Shown here: in pieces, positions 46,779 through 48,310 of the stretch
How the letters are laid out: the number at the start of each line of letters is the position of its first letter
Position numbering within the stretch: position 1 is the stretch's first letter
Notes under the pieces: model-generated
Told to the model about the DNA's origin: nothing
The model's database searches: none
Seen by the model: only the letters and a program-made list of their open reading frames with translations
Translations under genes and position numbers: made by a program
Assembly (NCBI GenBank): GCA_947566655.1
Contig: CANOKG010000001.1
Location: forward strand, 1 to 48,310
Source of the DNA: an uncultured Muribaculaceae bacterium
GTDB taxonomy: Bacteria > Bacteroidota > Bacteroidia > Bacteroidales > Muribaculaceae
Direction of reading: 5' to 3'
Length of the DNA: 48,310 bases

Positions 46779-48205
46779 TGGCCGATATTTCCTACATACA
46801 AGACGGCAAAGCCACCACATTTAAACAACAGCTCTCGCTTGCTGCCAAACTTGCCCTGCCCGCTATCTTAGCTCAATTGTCGAGCATCATTATGCAATAT
46901 ATCGATGCATCGATGGTGGGACGTCTCGGGACCGAACCGGCAGCCGCCATTGGTCTGGTTTCAACCTCCTTGTGGCTGTTCTGGGGTATATGTTCAGCTA
47001 TTACAATGGGATTTTCAGTCCTTGTGTCCCATCGCGTGGGAGCCAAAGATTATACCTCGGCTCGCGATATCCTGCGACAATCAATCACTGCCACCCTTGT
47101 ATTCAGTGTTATTATTACAGCCATAGGTCTACTCATAGCCGAGCCACTGCCACGATGGCTCGGTGGCAACCCTGAGATTACAGGACAAGCCTCGCGATAC
47201 TTCATGGTATTCGTCTCAGCACTTCCCATGCTCAGCCTCAACTATCTTGCCGGAGGCATGCTGAGATGTGCCGGCAACATGAAGGTGCCGAGTATGCTTA
47301 ACATTATGATGTGTCTGCTCGATGTTGTGTTCAACTATCTGCTTATTTTTGAAACCAGACCGGTCGAATGGTTCGGCATGAATTTCACCATGCCGGGAGC
47401 CGGCCTCGGGGTTACCGGAGCTGCACTCGGAACCGTTATAGCCGAAGTCATTACAGCCGCTTCTATGCTATACTTCCTTTGCTTCCGTGAGAAAGGTCTC
47501 GCGTTGAAAGGAACCAACGGCAGTTTCAAACCTGTAAAATCATTGATAAAAAAAGCACTCGGCATTTCAGCTCCAATGACCATAGAACATGGCGTCATTT
47601 GTGGTGCTCAGGTTATGATAACCGTTATTGTAGCTCCGCTCGGACCCGTAGCTATAGCCGCCAATGCTTTTGCCATTACTGCCGAAAGCCTCTGCTATAT
47701 GCCTGGATACGGAATCGGTGATGCTGCCACCACTCTCGTGGGACAGAGTCACGGAGCCAACAATCCATATCTCGTGAAACGATTCGGCTACATAACAGTA
47801 GGACTCGGCATGGTAGTGATGACCTTGATGGGAGTGATACTCTACATAACCGCCCCATTGATGATGGAGATAATGACCCCCGTAATCGAGATCAGAGCTT
47901 TAGGAGCCGAAGTGCTCAGAATTGAAGCTTGGGCCGAGCCTATGTTTGCAGCCTCTATAGTTGCATACGGGGTCTTTGTGGGCCGAGGAGACACCATCGT
48001 CCCGGCATGCATGAACTTTGGCAGTATTTGGCTCGTGAGAGTTCCATTAGCAGCATGGCTCGCCACCTACTATTCAGGGGGCGAACCGAGCGCAGCCGGC
48101 TTGAAAGGCGTATGGCTGGCAATGGCGATAGAGCTTACATTCCGCGGACTAATCTTCTTAGTGCGCCTCTCTCGCCTGGAACGCAGCGCCCATGAGCAAC
48201 GATAG
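46778..48205 (+). CDS. MATE-family efflux transporter
   Basis: 475 aa, 12 TM helices. The N-terminal LALPAILAQLSSIIMQYIDASMVGRLG is the MatE signature. The start overlaps the upstream stop (TAATG). Confidence 0.9.
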   Translation: MADISYIQDGKATTFKQQLSLAAKLALPAILAQLSSIIMQYIDASMVGRLGTEPAAAIGLVSTSLWLFWGICSAITMGFSVLVSHRVGAKDYTSARDILRQSITATLVFSVIITAIGLLIAEPLPRWLGGNPEITGQASRYFMVFVSALPMLSLNYLAGGMLRCAGNMKVPSMLNIMMCLLDVVFNYLLIFETRPVEWFGMNFTMPGAGLGVTGAALGTVIAEVITAASMLYFLCFREKGLALKGTNGSFKPVKSLIKKALGISAPMTIEHGVICGAQVMITVIVAPLGPVAIAANAFAITAESLCYMPGYGIGDAATTLVGQSHGANNPYLVKRFGYITVGLGMVVMTLMGVILYITAPLMMEIMTPVIEIRALGAEVLRIEAWAEPMFAASIVAYGVFVGRGDTIVPACMNFGSIWLVRVPLAAWLATYYSGGEPSAAGLKGVWLAMAIELTFRGLIFLVRLSRLERSAHEQR

Positions 48206-48310
48206 CTGTGAAGTCTAAAAAAATTTGAGAACGATTGAACCAATCGGTCACCCGAGATGTTATAATATCGTAAGCAACAAAGAAAGTAAGAGCTTTTCCA
48301 TTGCTAAGAT

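Noticed and set aside
21751-48205. The 26-kb run of 22 co-directional genes as a possible single giant operon or genomic island
   Set aside because: The functions are unrelated housekeeping activities. Terminator-like hairpins (23322-23371, 26113-26153) and promoter-like boxes (21698-21705, 28088-28095) break the run up. There are no integrase genes, tRNA borders or direct-repeat flanks. Co-orientation with replication is the simpler explanation.

Overview
This 48.3-kb window reads as ordinary core chromosome of a Bacteroidales (Bacteroidota) bacterium. Support for that taxon: TAnnTTTG-type -7 promoter boxes, no Shine-Dalgarno dependence, many lipoprotein or TAT-exported enzymes, a PorU-like C25 sortase and DUF1080 paralogs. 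I call 36 protein-coding genes, one of which (aroQ) is cut by the window edge. I see no rRNA, tRNA, CRISPR array, integrase, transposase, phage gene or recognisable defence gene.

Gene content by region:
- 1-7.7 kb: aroQ, Mrp/ApbC, a DUF3943-like protein, NhaC, a PpiD-like chaperone and a ROK regulator.
- 8-11.8 kb: a sialoglycan-trimming pair, sialate O-acetylesterase plus a GH20 hexosaminidase.
- 11.9-17.7 kb: a long PiT phosphate transporter, an OmpR-type two-component pair, and metK.
- 18-21.5 kb: a porin-like beta-barrel and an LTA-synthase-family protein.
- 21.7-48.2 kb: a 26-kb block of 22 genes, all on the + strand. Six adjacent gene pairs in it share overlapping stop/start codons (ATGA, TAATG, TGATG).

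The + strand block holds, in order:
- an exported Gfo/Idh/MocA, 2x DUF1080 and TIM-barrel cluster;
- dus and a membrane protein;
- topA with an RluA-family gene;
- a glutaminyl-cyclase-like M28 protein and sufE;
- rex with an FAH-fold protein;
- porU-like, yeiH, a GT2 gene with pyrC, and hflX with dgt;
- a TPM/zinc-ribbon protein;
- DUF3737, a C-S lyase and a MATE transporter.

I do not see a convincing, clearly undescribed multi-gene system. The items most worth a second look are:
1. The fully exported oxidoreductase / DUF1080 / DUF1080 / TIM-barrel cluster, probably a periplasmic 3-keto-glycoside route.
2. A MITE-like palindromic repeat family present as one full copy, one copy with a nested insertion, and one solo terminal repeat.
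3. A long metK leader ending in a terminator-like hairpin.
4. An FAH-fold protein that has lost its metal ligands and is translationally coupled to rex.
5. A TPM protein carrying a 4x CxxC module.

All functional calls come from reading the translated ORFs against family signatures from memory. No searches were run.
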